Source of the DNA: Bacteroidota bacterium
GTDB lineage: Bacteria; Bacteroidota; Bacteroidia; 2-12-FULL-35-15
Assembly: GCA_947380175.1 (NCBI GenBank)
Contig: CANCPZ010000001.1
Span: forward strand, 1 to 48,373
Length of the DNA: 48,373 bases
Direction: 5' to 3'
The notes below the pieces were generated by a model. That model searched no databases and had not been told where the DNA came from. It was given only the letters and a program-made list of their open reading frames with translations. The translations under genes and the position numbers were made by a program. Within the stretch, counting starts at the first letter, position 1; each line of letters starts with the position of its first letter. Positions 28,001 through 36,544 of the stretch are shown here, in pieces.

Positions 28001-29723
28001 CACTTCATTTTTATGGAACTTTGGCAACAACGACACAACTTCTATAACACTAAATCCGTCTCGAATTTTTCCTACAGCCGGTATTTTTCCAATTCAATTA
28101 ATTGTTACTAAAGCCGGAAGTTGTAATGGAACAGATACAAGTATTCAAAACATTACTATAATTCCATTACCTATTGTAAATATTGGCAATGATACTGCAA
28201 TATGCAGTGATGGTGGTGTTTTTTTAGATGCAGGCACTTCAGGTACTATTTACAATTGGTCGAATGGAGCAATTACAGAAAGTATATATACTACTATTCC
28301 GGGAACATATTCAGTGACTGTTAGTAATGGAACGTGCGTAAACTCGGATACTACAAACATTATACTTATTCCATCTGTTGATGCTACTTTTAATTTAAAT
28401 CAAGCAATAGGCTGTGCGCCATTGACAGTAAATTTTAATTATGTAAATACGTTAGGTACAACTTTTTTGTGGGATTTTGGAAATGGAGACACCTCAAGCA
28501 TTGCGAACAATCCTTCGATTACGTATTCGCTTGCAGGCACCTATTCCATTAAATTAATTGCGCATAATTCAACAACATGCAACTTGTCCGACACTAGTAT
28601 TCAGCAAGTTGTAGTTATTTCAAAACCACTTGTAAATATTGGCAATGACACTATTTTATGCGGAGCTGTTAATCTAAATTTGGATGCTGGAAACAATGGA
28701 TATGATTATGTTTGGTCTACAGGTGATACAACTCAAACCATTAATATTACTAGCCCTATGGTATATTGGGTAACAGTAATAAATAATATTTGCAAAACAA
28801 CCGATTCAATTTTTGTTAATGAAATTAGCACATTGCCATTTGGCAACGATTCAACATTGTGTCAAGGACAATCAGTATCACTCAATGCTAGTAATCCAGG
28901 TGCAAGTTATTTATGGTCAACAGGTGAAACAACACAATCTATAAATGTAAACACGGCAGGAGAATATTGGGCGAATGTAACATTAGGACCCTGTATTTCA
29001 ACAGATACAATCAATATTAATTTTATCCAATACCCTATCATTGATTTGCCTTCTGATTCTGTTTTTTGTGTTAACAATACCATTGTTTTGGACGCAGGTA
29101 GCGGTGCAACACATTATATTTGGTCAACGGGTGATACCACCCAAACGATTAGTGTAAATTCTGAAGGACTTTATTATGTTAGTGTTGCAAACAAAAAATG
29201 TATAACAACTGATTCAACAAAATTAATTTTAAAACAATTTAATGCCTGGCTTCCTTCTTATTCACTTTGTGAATACGATGAGTTTTTATTAGATGCAAGT
29301 ATTAAAGGCGGCGTTTATGTTTGGTCGACAGGGGACACTTCGCAGGTAATAAATATTGAAAAAAGTGGTGATTACTGGGTTACCACATTAAAAGATAATT
29401 GCTTTATGTCAGACACAACCACATTAACAGGCACTTTGGGAGGTGGGGTAATTTATTTTCCAAATACATTTACACCAAATGGTAATGGGTTAAATGATTA
29501 CTTTACCTGCATAAGCGATGATGTTACATTTTTTCATATGACAATTTTTGATAGATGGGGAGAATTAATTTATGAAACGGAATCACAACAGCCTGGTTGG
29601 GATGGAACATGTAAAGGGAAATTTGTTCCAAACGATATTTACGTTTGGACGTTAGAGTATAAAAAAACATGTAGTGATTCTAAAATAAATAGAATGGTTG
29701 GGCATGTTTTAGTGTTGAGGTAA
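25035..29723 (+). CDS. Giant T9SS type-B-CTD surface protein (beta-propeller head, 3 PKD domains, 6 Cys-pair modules)
   Basis: It has a signal peptide and an N-terminal conserved head (KFTENKKQWNKNVLYRCQLDGGALFLEKNAFTYNFYD) with SBBP-type beta-propeller repeats (NIYVSGGTRSMDFPTT). The PKD domains carry WDFGNNDTTS. The type-B sorting domain reads FPNTFTPNGNGLNDYF...FDRWGELIYE...GWDG...VGHVLVLR. Confidence 0.9.
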   Translation: MAFGAKKTIFLLLLLFHISLTGYSVDAKKIGSIVKKNVVEKSLIKFTENKKQWNKNVLYRCQLDGGALFLEKNAFTYNFYDKENLRKNHFGKGHPLSKGIKSHAFRMQFINANINVETSAQKITSDYCNYFIGNDKKCWASNVKNYKEVNYKNLYQGIDLQILGNQNSIKYNFIVAPKVNPNIIHLNYEGLEKISIVEGEIKLKTSLNEMTEQKPFAYQWINGKQKEVLCEFVLENNTIHFNFPKGYNQKYELVIDPILVFAASSGSLADNFGMSATYDSYGNLYAGGTAYGSGYPTTLGAYNETGNGSTAYISGLTDVVITKYDSSGTNLLYSTYLGGSTSTEVVNSLIVNAQDELLMYGLTGSSDFPVTPNAFDTTYNGGDAMQYIYNGTSYDNGTDIYVSKFNSAGTTLLASTYIGGSLNDGVNHNNDSTLLYMAFNSVTSAYDIPVYEFPLDSLQYNYGDQYRGEINVDYAGNAIITSSTRSTNFPIVNGFDNTLGGQQDAIVFKFNSDFSQLLWSTYLGGTDNDAGYALSIDDSSNIYVSGGTRSMDFPTTPGCVQPNYGGGKADGFITKIGKNGNVILASTFWGSAAYDQNYFVQIDKYKDVYVVGQTEGAMPVTANVYNNPNSGQFISKINGSLSTLLISTVFGNGNGRPNISPSAFLVDNCDNIYVCGWGGNVLSGSDSVKNMPLSGNAFQSTTDGHNFYLLVLSKNATSLLYATYFGGAASYEHVDGGTSRFDKKGIVYQAVCAGCGGHDDFPVKPGCWPYTSSNYVAYDPANPYPTGVNMNTQDNNCNEGVFKFDFQTPLSDATFTTNNLNGCEPLTIQFNYQNPPGATYLWDFGNNDTTSLISNPIKTFPTAGTYLVQLYVLNPANCNYGDTTYKNIVVYPQPILNLGNDTSICIGSTITLNAQNTGSKYLWSNGDTTQTIAITLPGTYWVNVLAGMCYTSDTINIALNTPTNAAFTINQAVGCVPLTIQCNYTNPPNTSFLWNFGNNDTTSITLNPSRIFPTAGIFPIQLIVTKAGSCNGTDTSIQNITIIPLPIVNIGNDTAICSDGGVFLDAGTSGTIYNWSNGAITESIYTTIPGTYSVTVSNGTCVNSDTTNIILIPSVDATFNLNQAIGCAPLTVNFNYVNTLGTTFLWDFGNGDTSSIANNPSITYSLAGTYSIKLIAHNSTTCNLSDTSIQQVVVISKPLVNIGNDTILCGAVNLNLDAGNNGYDYVWSTGDTTQTINITSPMVYWVTVINNICKTTDSIFVNEISTLPFGNDSTLCQGQSVSLNASNPGASYLWSTGETTQSINVNTAGEYWANVTLGPCISTDTININFIQYPIIDLPSDSVFCVNNTIVLDAGSGATHYIWSTGDTTQTISVNSEGLYYVSVANKKCITTDSTKLILKQFNAWLPSYSLCEYDEFLLDASIKGGVYVWSTGDTSQVINIEKSGDYWVTTLKDNCFMSDTTTLTGTLGGGVIYFPNTFTPNGNGLNDYFTCISDDVTFFHMTIFDRWGELIYETESQQPGWDGTCKGKFVPNDIYVWTLEYKKTCSDSKINRMVGHVLVLR
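25160..27465 (+). repeat. Paralogous head segment, copy 1 (matches 29900..32165)
   Basis: The encoded ~770 aa align colinearly with the head of the downstream gene. By eye roughly two thirds of residues are identical, with long identical runs such as DSLQYNYGDQYRGEINVD and HVDGGTSRFDKKGIVYQ. Confidence 0.8.
27466..29430 (+). repeat. Nested in-frame tandem repeats: 3 x ~455 bp (PKD + Cys module), then 3 further ~204-bp Cys modules
   Basis: The PKD units start near 27466, 27921 and 28376. The Cys modules start near 27715, 28170, 28627, 28830, 29033 and 29240. The module consensus is (L/I)GNDTxxCxxxxxxLDAGxxGxxYxWSTGDTTQTIxVxxxGxYWVxVxxxxCxxxDTIxI. Confidence 0.85.
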
Positions 29724-29742
29724 CTTTTTTATTTTACTTTTG
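29715..29742 (+). promoter_or_regulatory. Candidate promoter (TTG N17 TACTTTTG) for the second T9SS cargo gene
   Basis: TTG is at 29715-29717, inside the end of the upstream gene. TACTTTTG is at 29735-29742, ending 45 nt before the ATG at 29788. Confidence 0.35.
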
Positions 29743-29787
29743 AACTCGTATAGTAGAATATAAATTTAACTATATATTAGAGAATTG

Positions 29788-32700
29788 ATGAACCAGCTTT
29801 TTAAGAAATTTTATTTTTTATTCATTCTGCTCTCCTTTACATCAAAAGGCTTTGCTCAATCTAATGTTAAATCTTCCAAGCCACAAAACATTGTAAAGTT
29901 TACCGAAAATAAAAATCAATGGGATAGCAAAGTCCTATATCGCGCTCAATTGGATGGTGGTGCTTTATTTTTAGAACAAAATGCATTTACCTATAATTTT
30001 TATGATAAAGAGTCATTGCGTGAAAATCATTTAGGTAAAATAAAAAATGGCGCAAACCTAAAAATAAATTCACATGCATTTAAAATGACTTTTTTAGGGG
30101 CAGAAAAAAAACCTGAAACATCATCTAAACAAACTACTCCCGACTATAATAATTATTTTATCGGAAACGATAAAACCCATTGGGCAGGAAATGTAAAAAA
30201 TTTTAGAGAAGTTAATTATAAAAATTTATACACTGGTATTGATATGCAATTATTGGGTATGCAAAATAGCATAAAATATAATTTTATTGTTGAAAGAGGT
30301 GCAAATGCAGATAAAATAAAATTGTTTTACCAAGGTCTTGATAAAATTTTTCTGGAAAAGGGTGCATTAAAATTAACAACCACTTTAAATGAAATGGTTG
30401 AACAGCGCCCATATGCTTATCAATGGATTGGCAGCAAACGTGTTGAGGTGCCTTGCGAATTTATTTTAGAAAACACAACAGTACATTTTAATTTCCCGAA
30501 TGGATATGATAAAGCGTATGAATTAATAATAGATCCTGTTTTAATTTTTGCATGTTCATCAGGTTCATTGGCTGACAATTTTGGTATGACGGCAACGTAC
30601 GATTCGCGTGGAAATTTGTATTCTGGAGGAACCTGTTTTGATGTTGGTTTCCCTACCACAACTGGAGTTTATGATGCAACATACAATGGAATTAAACAAG
30701 ACGGCCGCACCGATGTAGTAATTACTAAATACGATTCATCTGGAACTTTCCTTCAATACTCCACATACATTGGAGGCGCTACTAGTACCGAAATTGTTAC
30801 AAGTTTAGTTGTTGATGGACAAAATGATTTATTATTGTATGGGGCAACGGGCTCTTCCGATTTTCCTACCACCACTAATGCTTACGACAAAACATTTAAT
30901 GGCGGAATATCACTGCACTTTGTTTATAATGGTTCCTATTTTGATAATGGAACAGATATTTATGTGGCCAAATTAAACTCCACAGGTTCCACATTATTGG
31001 CTTCTACGTTCATTGGCGGAAGCTTAAATGATGGTGTCAATGTAAATAATGATTCTGTATTTATATCTCAAATTGGCACATACGAATTTCCTGCCGACTC
31101 ATTACAATATAATTATGGCGATCAGTACCGTGGCGAAATAAATGTGGATCAATCTGGTAATGCATACATAGCTAGCTCTACACGGTCAAGTAATTTTCCA
31201 ATTGTAAATGGTTTTGATATTACCCTAGGTGGCGAGCAAGATGCTATTGTATTTAAATTCAATCCCGATTTTTCTCAATTATTATGGAGTACCTATTTAG
31301 GAGGAAACGATAATGATGCCGGATATGCTTTTGCTTTAGACGATTCGTCAAACGTATATGTAACAGGTGGTACGCGCAGCACAACGGGTTTCCCTACAAC
31401 AGCAGGTGTTTTAAAGCCGAGCTATTGTGGAGGTAAAGCCGATGGTTTTATTACTAAAATCCGCAAAGATGGTAAAGCCTTTTTATACTCTACGTTTTGG
31501 GGAACAACCGCTTACGATCAAACCTATTTTGTTCAATTAGATAAAAACAACAATGTATATGTTGTTGGTCAAACCGAAGGGGCAATGCCCGTTTCGACTG
31601 GTGTTTATAAAAATGTAAACAGTGGGCAGTTTATTACAAAAATCAACGACAAATTAAATACATTAATTTTTTCAACTGTTTTTGGAAATGGAAATGGGCA
31701 ACCAAATATTTCCCCTTCTGCTTTTTTAGTTGATTACTGCGAAAATATTTATGTGTCAGGTTGGGGAGGTAAAATAGTTCCTCCTGTTACAAATACTTTT
31801 TCAATGCCAACATCTGCAAATGCAATAGATGCTACAACCGATGGACATAATTTTTATTTAATAGCACTTTCTACTAATGCTACATCGTTACTTTACGCAA
31901 CCTATTTTGGTGGTGATTTTAGCTGGGAGCATGTGGATGGAGGAACAAGCCGATTCGATAAAAAAGGAATTGTCTACCAATCGGTTTGTGCTGGTTGTGG
32001 TGGCAACGATGATTTTCCTGTAAAAGCAGGTTGTTGGCCATATACAAGCCCAATTTATAATCCTATAAACCCTGGTGCACCGTCGTCTGATCAAGGAATT
32101 AATATGAATTCAAATTGCAATAACGGTACTTTCAAATTCGATTTTCAAGTTCCCTTGGCTCAAGCAAGTTTTACTGTGAATCATTTTAGTGGTTGTGCTC
32201 CGCTCACAGTAAATTTTTATAACGAGAGTTCAGTAGGAGGTTCCTTCCTATGGGATTTTGGCAATAACGACACAACGTCACTCATCTACAGTCCTTCACG
32301 GACTTATCCAACACCGGGAGTTTATAATGTAAAATTAATTGTAAAAAACACATCCAGTTGCAATGTGTATGATACAGCTTTGCAAGTAGTTACTGTTTAC
32401 CCATCTATAGTAGCAGATTTTGATTTTGTAACTACGCCCTGTACCAATCAAATTTTATTATCTGATTCATCAAAAGTTGCTCCTATATCCTGGTGGTGGG
32501 ATTTTGGAGACGGCGCTACATCATCGGTTCAAAATCCTTCACACCTTTTTGCTTCAGCAGGTTTGTATAACATTTCTTTGGTTGCAACAAATGCAAACGG
32601 ATGTAAAGATACTGTTGTTGTTCAGTCCAATAATCAGTCTGGCTCATCCATTAACCCTGCTAAAACAATTTGTTTAGGTAATACAACACAACTCCTTGCT

Positions 32701-33408
32701 ACAGGCGGTTACGCATACCAATGGTTTCCGGCCACAGGTTTAAGTGCCGTTAATGTTCCTAACCCAATTGCTTCACCTACCGTTAATACAACGTATACAG
32801 CAACTATTTTTTCTTATAATGCTACAACTCAAGATAGTTGTACTAACAGCTTATCAACCTTAATTACGGTATCAAACCCCTCGCTATATGGATTGACATT
32901 AACAACTAATCAAGACACATTGTTGCAAGGAGAATCGGCAGTTTTACAGGCCATTACAGATACAACATTAAGCATTGTCTGGTCGCCGTCAGTAAATTTA
33001 AACAACTCGCATAGTTTTAACCCCATTGCAACACCAGGAGAAACAACAACATATACAGCAACCATAACTAATAGTTTAGGGTGTAACAAAGATGCAAGTA
33101 TTACTATATATGTGCATCCACGGCAATGTAAATTAGAAGATGTTTTTATCCCAAATACATTTACTCCTAACGGCGATGGTAAAAACGATGTTTTATTTGT
33201 TCGAGGTAACTCAATTTCTGAATTATATTTTGCCGTTTATAATCGCTGGGGCGAAATGATTTTTGAAACAAAAGATATCAAGAAGGGTTGGGATGGAATT
33301 TATAAAAATAAAAAAGCCGATCCGGCTGTTTTTGCTTGGTATTTAAATGCTAAATGTTTTAATGGCGAAGAGATTAAGAAAAAAGGAAATGTTACGTTGA
33401 TAAGATAA
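29788..33408 (+). CDS. Giant T9SS type-B-CTD surface protein, paralog 2 (same head, 2 PKD domains, 2 Ig-like modules)
   Basis: The ATG at 29788 is preferred over the TTG at 29785. The signal peptide is FYFLFILLSFTSKGFAQ. The head is colinear with the upstream gene. The PKD domains carry WDFGNNDTTS and WDFGDGATSS. The Ig-like modules include CLGNTTQLLATGGYAYQWFPATGLS. The type-B CTD reads IPNTFTPNGDGKNDVLF...YNRWGEMIFE...GWDG...GNVTLIR. Confidence 0.9.
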   Translation: MNQLFKKFYFLFILLSFTSKGFAQSNVKSSKPQNIVKFTENKNQWDSKVLYRAQLDGGALFLEQNAFTYNFYDKESLRENHLGKIKNGANLKINSHAFKMTFLGAEKKPETSSKQTTPDYNNYFIGNDKTHWAGNVKNFREVNYKNLYTGIDMQLLGMQNSIKYNFIVERGANADKIKLFYQGLDKIFLEKGALKLTTTLNEMVEQRPYAYQWIGSKRVEVPCEFILENTTVHFNFPNGYDKAYELIIDPVLIFACSSGSLADNFGMTATYDSRGNLYSGGTCFDVGFPTTTGVYDATYNGIKQDGRTDVVITKYDSSGTFLQYSTYIGGATSTEIVTSLVVDGQNDLLLYGATGSSDFPTTTNAYDKTFNGGISLHFVYNGSYFDNGTDIYVAKLNSTGSTLLASTFIGGSLNDGVNVNNDSVFISQIGTYEFPADSLQYNYGDQYRGEINVDQSGNAYIASSTRSSNFPIVNGFDITLGGEQDAIVFKFNPDFSQLLWSTYLGGNDNDAGYAFALDDSSNVYVTGGTRSTTGFPTTAGVLKPSYCGGKADGFITKIRKDGKAFLYSTFWGTTAYDQTYFVQLDKNNNVYVVGQTEGAMPVSTGVYKNVNSGQFITKINDKLNTLIFSTVFGNGNGQPNISPSAFLVDYCENIYVSGWGGKIVPPVTNTFSMPTSANAIDATTDGHNFYLIALSTNATSLLYATYFGGDFSWEHVDGGTSRFDKKGIVYQSVCAGCGGNDDFPVKAGCWPYTSPIYNPINPGAPSSDQGINMNSNCNNGTFKFDFQVPLAQASFTVNHFSGCAPLTVNFYNESSVGGSFLWDFGNNDTTSLIYSPSRTYPTPGVYNVKLIVKNTSSCNVYDTALQVVTVYPSIVADFDFVTTPCTNQILLSDSSKVAPISWWWDFGDGATSSVQNPSHLFASAGLYNISLVATNANGCKDTVVVQSNNQSGSSINPAKTICLGNTTQLLATGGYAYQWFPATGLSAVNVPNPIASPTVNTTYTATIFSYNATTQDSCTNSLSTLITVSNPSLYGLTLTTNQDTLLQGESAVLQAITDTTLSIVWSPSVNLNNSHSFNPIATPGETTTYTATITNSLGCNKDASITIYVHPRQCKLEDVFIPNTFTPNGDGKNDVLFVRGNSISELYFAVYNRWGEMIFETKDIKKGWDGIYKNKKADPAVFAWYLNAKCFNGEEIKKKGNVTLIR
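29900..32165 (+). repeat. Paralogous head segment, copy 2 (matches 25160..27465)
   Basis: See copy 1. The alignment is colinear at protein level and includes VCAGCGG(H/N)DDFPVK(P/A)GCWPYTS. Confidence 0.8.
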
Positions 33409-33411
33409 CTA

Positions 33412-34425
33412 TTGAAAAAGATAGGTTACATATTATTTTTAGTTTGTTATTGGCAAACTTGTCTGGCTCAGGACATACACTATTCTCAGTTTAATTCATC
33501 TATACAGAATTTAAACCCCGCTCAAACAGGTTTATTTAATGGCGATTGGCGCTTTGCTGGCAATTATCGTAGTCAGTGGGCTGCGATACCTGTACCCTAC
33601 AAAACATACTCTATAGCAACTGATACACGTTTAAAAACAAAATTAAAAAAAGATGCGCTTGCTCTTGGATTACTTATAAATACAGATAAAGCCGGCGATT
33701 CTAAATTTACTACTTCACAAGCATTTATATCAGTTGCTTATATTAAAAATTTAAACAGTGATTCTACGCACTTTTTATCTGTTGCTATTCAGCCTGGTTT
33801 TTCTTCAAAAAGTTTCAATTTAAACGATTTAACTTTTGATAATCAATTCGATGGCGATCACTACAATTCAACATTAAGTAGTGGCGAAATTTTTTCAGCA
33901 ACACGTATTACCTATTTCGATTTTGGTAGTGGAATTAGTTATTTGTATAAAAAAAACAAACGAACACAAGTAAATATTGGTATTTCTATGTTTCACCTAA
34001 ATCAACCTAAACAATCGTTTTTTGATAATCAACAAATAAAATTGGATTTAAAAACTACTGTAAATGCGATGTTGCAATTTCCTGTGTCGGCACAAATTGA
34101 TATTTTACCTAGCGTTCTTTTTCAGCGACAAGGAAAATATCAGGAAATATTATTCGGTGGCTTTGGAAAATATTATTTAAACCCTATAAATGGTTATCCA
34201 ACAGCAATTTTATTAGGGGGCTTTTATCGGTTGAAAGATGCCATTATTTTTGGTGCTAACATGGATTATCGCAATTTTAATGTAGGTATAAGTTATGATA
34301 TAAATACATCTAAATTGATTGAAGCAACAAATCATCGTGGAGGACTTGAAATTTCTGTTATTTACATATTCAAAAAATTAGTTCCATTTGTTGCTAAAAA
34401 ACGCGTGTGCCCTATTTATATGTAA
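33412..34425 (+). CDS. PorP/SprF-family type IX secretion system membrane protein
   Basis: The signal peptide is followed by the family N-terminus QDIHYSQFNSSIQNLNPAQTG. The 337-aa protein is predicted to be a beta-barrel. The TTG start lies 3 nt after the cargo-2 stop. Confidence 0.88.
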   Translation: MKKIGYILFLVCYWQTCLAQDIHYSQFNSSIQNLNPAQTGLFNGDWRFAGNYRSQWAAIPVPYKTYSIATDTRLKTKLKKDALALGLLINTDKAGDSKFTTSQAFISVAYIKNLNSDSTHFLSVAIQPGFSSKSFNLNDLTFDNQFDGDHYNSTLSSGEIFSATRITYFDFGSGISYLYKKNKRTQVNIGISMFHLNQPKQSFFDNQQIKLDLKTTVNAMLQFPVSAQIDILPSVLFQRQGKYQEILFGGFGKYYLNPINGYPTAILLGGFYRLKDAIIFGANMDYRNFNVGISYDINTSKLIEATNHRGGLEISVIYIFKKLVPFVAKKRVCPIYM

Positions 34426-34476
34426 GTGATGTTTCATTATTTTTTATTTTTAAAGCATAGCTAAAAAATTAATTTC

Positions 34477-36441
34477 ATGAAAATAAAATTCATTTTTATT
34501 TCTTTTATATTCTGTTTTCATTTTCAACTTCAAGCACAAAACACTAAAAAGCTTATTGAAAGTGGCGATAACGCTTTTGCAGACAATGATTTTTTTGCCG
34601 CTGCAATTTATTTCAACCAAGCAATCTTACAAGACTCTAGTGATATTAGCATTCAATACAAATATGCCGAAGCAAGCCGATTAAATTTTGATTATAAAAT
34701 TGCAGACCATTGGTATAGCAAAGTTTTAAAATCCGATTCCGATGGAAAACTATACCCTAATTGTTCTTTTTGGATGGCAAGCATTAAAAAATCAGAAGGA
34801 AAATATAAAGAAGCAAGAAGCTTATTTGATAAATATGCTAAAAAAAACAAGAAGAAAAAAACCGATTATTTTGTAAAAAAAGCCATTCAGGAAGTTGCTG
34901 CTTGTGATTACGCACAACTACTTATGGCCAATCCAGATAAAAGTATTTACATCATTCATTTGGATAGTATGGTAAATAGTAAAGTGTCGGAATACGCACC
35001 AATACAAGTGGATAGCCTCTTATACTTTTCATCTTTGCGAGATGCAAAAGATCGCGATAAAAAACACCACATAAATTTCAATAAAATATATACCGCAACA
35101 CAGGAAAATATAAAGTTTAAAAAAGCAAAAGAACTAGATACACTTTTTAATAAAGAGGGAATACACAATGCCAATACAGCTTTTAACGCTGATTATACAA
35201 AGGTTTATATAACGCGTTGTAGTCAAAAAAACGCATTGGATTTTATGTGCGAAATTTATTCTTCGACTTATGTTGACAAGCATTGGACACCCTTAAAAAA
35301 ATTACCTGCCGAAATAAATATGCAAGGTTATACCAATACACAACCAGCAATTGGTTACTTGGGTAATGACGAAGTCTTGTTCTTTTCCTCTAATCGTCCA
35401 GGTGGTGAAGGGAAGATGGATATATGGTATAGTAAAATAAATACGTTAGGCAGTTTTGAAAAGGTTGTAAATGCGGGCAAAAAAATTAATTCGCCCGATG
35501 ATGAAATAACACCATTTTACTGCAAACCCTGTCAGGAATTATTTTTTAGTTCTACCTGGCATAAAGGGCTAGGTGGTTTTGATATTTTTAGTAGTAATTA
35601 TAAAAACAATATTTTTGAAGAGCCCAAAAATATGGGATCACCTATCAACAGTAATTACAACGATATTTATTTTACAATCAACTCCCAAAAAACAGAGGCA
35701 TTCCTTTCATCCAATCGCATAGGTTCTTACTTTGAAGAAAAAGAAAGTTGTTGTAACGATATTTATTCCTTTAAAATTAATGTTCCAAAAGAAAATGAAC
35801 CATCTAAAAAAATCGATAGCACACAAATATTTTTGTCAGAACTAAAATTACTTGTTCCTCTCACCTTATATTTTCATAACGATGAGCCAGATAAAAAAAC
35901 ATTGGCAATATCAACTACAAAAAATTATAAAAAAACGTATGAGGATTATTCCGCTATGCGTGAACAGTATAAAAAAGAATATTCAACTGGCGCAAAAGAT
36001 AAAAATTTGCAACGCGCAATTACTGACATAGATAACCTTTTTGATGACTCAGTTGATGGTGGAATGCGCGATTTGGAAAAATTTGCACAATTATTATTAA
36101 AGGTATTAAATGCTAACGAAAAGGCAACAATAACAATGAAAGGCTATTGCAGCCCTTTGGCATCAACCGATTACAATATAAATCTTGCAAAACGAAGAAT
36201 ATCAAGTCTCCGTAATTATTTTACGGAATATGAAAATGGTATTTTTAGTTCATACATAAATAATTCTAATCCAAATGGGGGAAGTATTACTTTTTTGAAC
36301 GAAGACATTGGTGAACTTAAAGCCAAACCCAACGTGAGCGATAATTATTACGATACCAAAAACTCAATTTATAACCCAGCAGCAGCATTAGAGCGTAAAA
36401 TTCAGATTATTGCTGTTTCAATTTCCTCACCCAATAACTAA
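34477..36441 (+). CDS. TPR / TolB-like beta-propeller / OmpA_C-domain protein (PG1058-like T9SS-associated)
   Basis: It has a signal peptide and an N-terminal TPR region (GDNAFADNDFFAAAIYFNQAI). PD40-like blades include EVLFFSSNRPGGEGKMDIWYS, ELFFSSTWHKGLGGFDIFSS and AFLSSNRIGS. The C-terminal OmpA-like segment is ITMKGYCSPLASTDYNINLAKRRISSLRNYF. Confidence 0.8.
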   Translation: MKIKFIFISFIFCFHFQLQAQNTKKLIESGDNAFADNDFFAAAIYFNQAILQDSSDISIQYKYAEASRLNFDYKIADHWYSKVLKSDSDGKLYPNCSFWMASIKKSEGKYKEARSLFDKYAKKNKKKKTDYFVKKAIQEVAACDYAQLLMANPDKSIYIIHLDSMVNSKVSEYAPIQVDSLLYFSSLRDAKDRDKKHHINFNKIYTATQENIKFKKAKELDTLFNKEGIHNANTAFNADYTKVYITRCSQKNALDFMCEIYSSTYVDKHWTPLKKLPAEINMQGYTNTQPAIGYLGNDEVLFFSSNRPGGEGKMDIWYSKINTLGSFEKVVNAGKKINSPDDEITPFYCKPCQELFFSSTWHKGLGGFDIFSSNYKNNIFEEPKNMGSPINSNYNDIYFTINSQKTEAFLSSNRIGSYFEEKESCCNDIYSFKINVPKENEPSKKIDSTQIFLSELKLLVPLTLYFHNDEPDKKTLAISTTKNYKKTYEDYSAMREQYKKEYSTGAKDKNLQRAITDIDNLFDDSVDGGMRDLEKFAQLLLKVLNANEKATITMKGYCSPLASTDYNINLAKRRISSLRNYFTEYENGIFSSYINNSNPNGGSITFLNEDIGELKAKPNVSDNYYDTKNSIYNPAAALERKIQIIAVSISSPNN

Positions 36442-36508
36442 TTTGAATTTAGTATTTAAAATCATTGTTTCAAAGGTCTTTTGACATTAAACACGGCCAA
36501 AAAATGTT

Positions 36509-36516
36509 TAAATTTG
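36509..36516 (+). promoter_or_regulatory. Candidate -7 promoter element TAAATTTG upstream of the MORN/kinase/regulator genes
   Basis: TAAATTTG ends 28 nt before the ATG at 36545. TTTG at 36480-36483 lies 25 nt upstream, which is a long spacing. Confidence 0.3.
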
Positions 36517-36544
36517 TAGTGTATGGATAATAAAAAAACATTTT

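Noticed and set aside
25128-32677. Short ORFs inside or antisense to the two giant cargo genes (25128..25316, 25147..25335, 25798..25995, 26652..26873, 27136..27390, 30420..30659, 31888..32094, 32477..32677)
   Set aside because: They are embedded in uninterrupted 1562- and 1207-codon ORFs that have coherent domain architecture.
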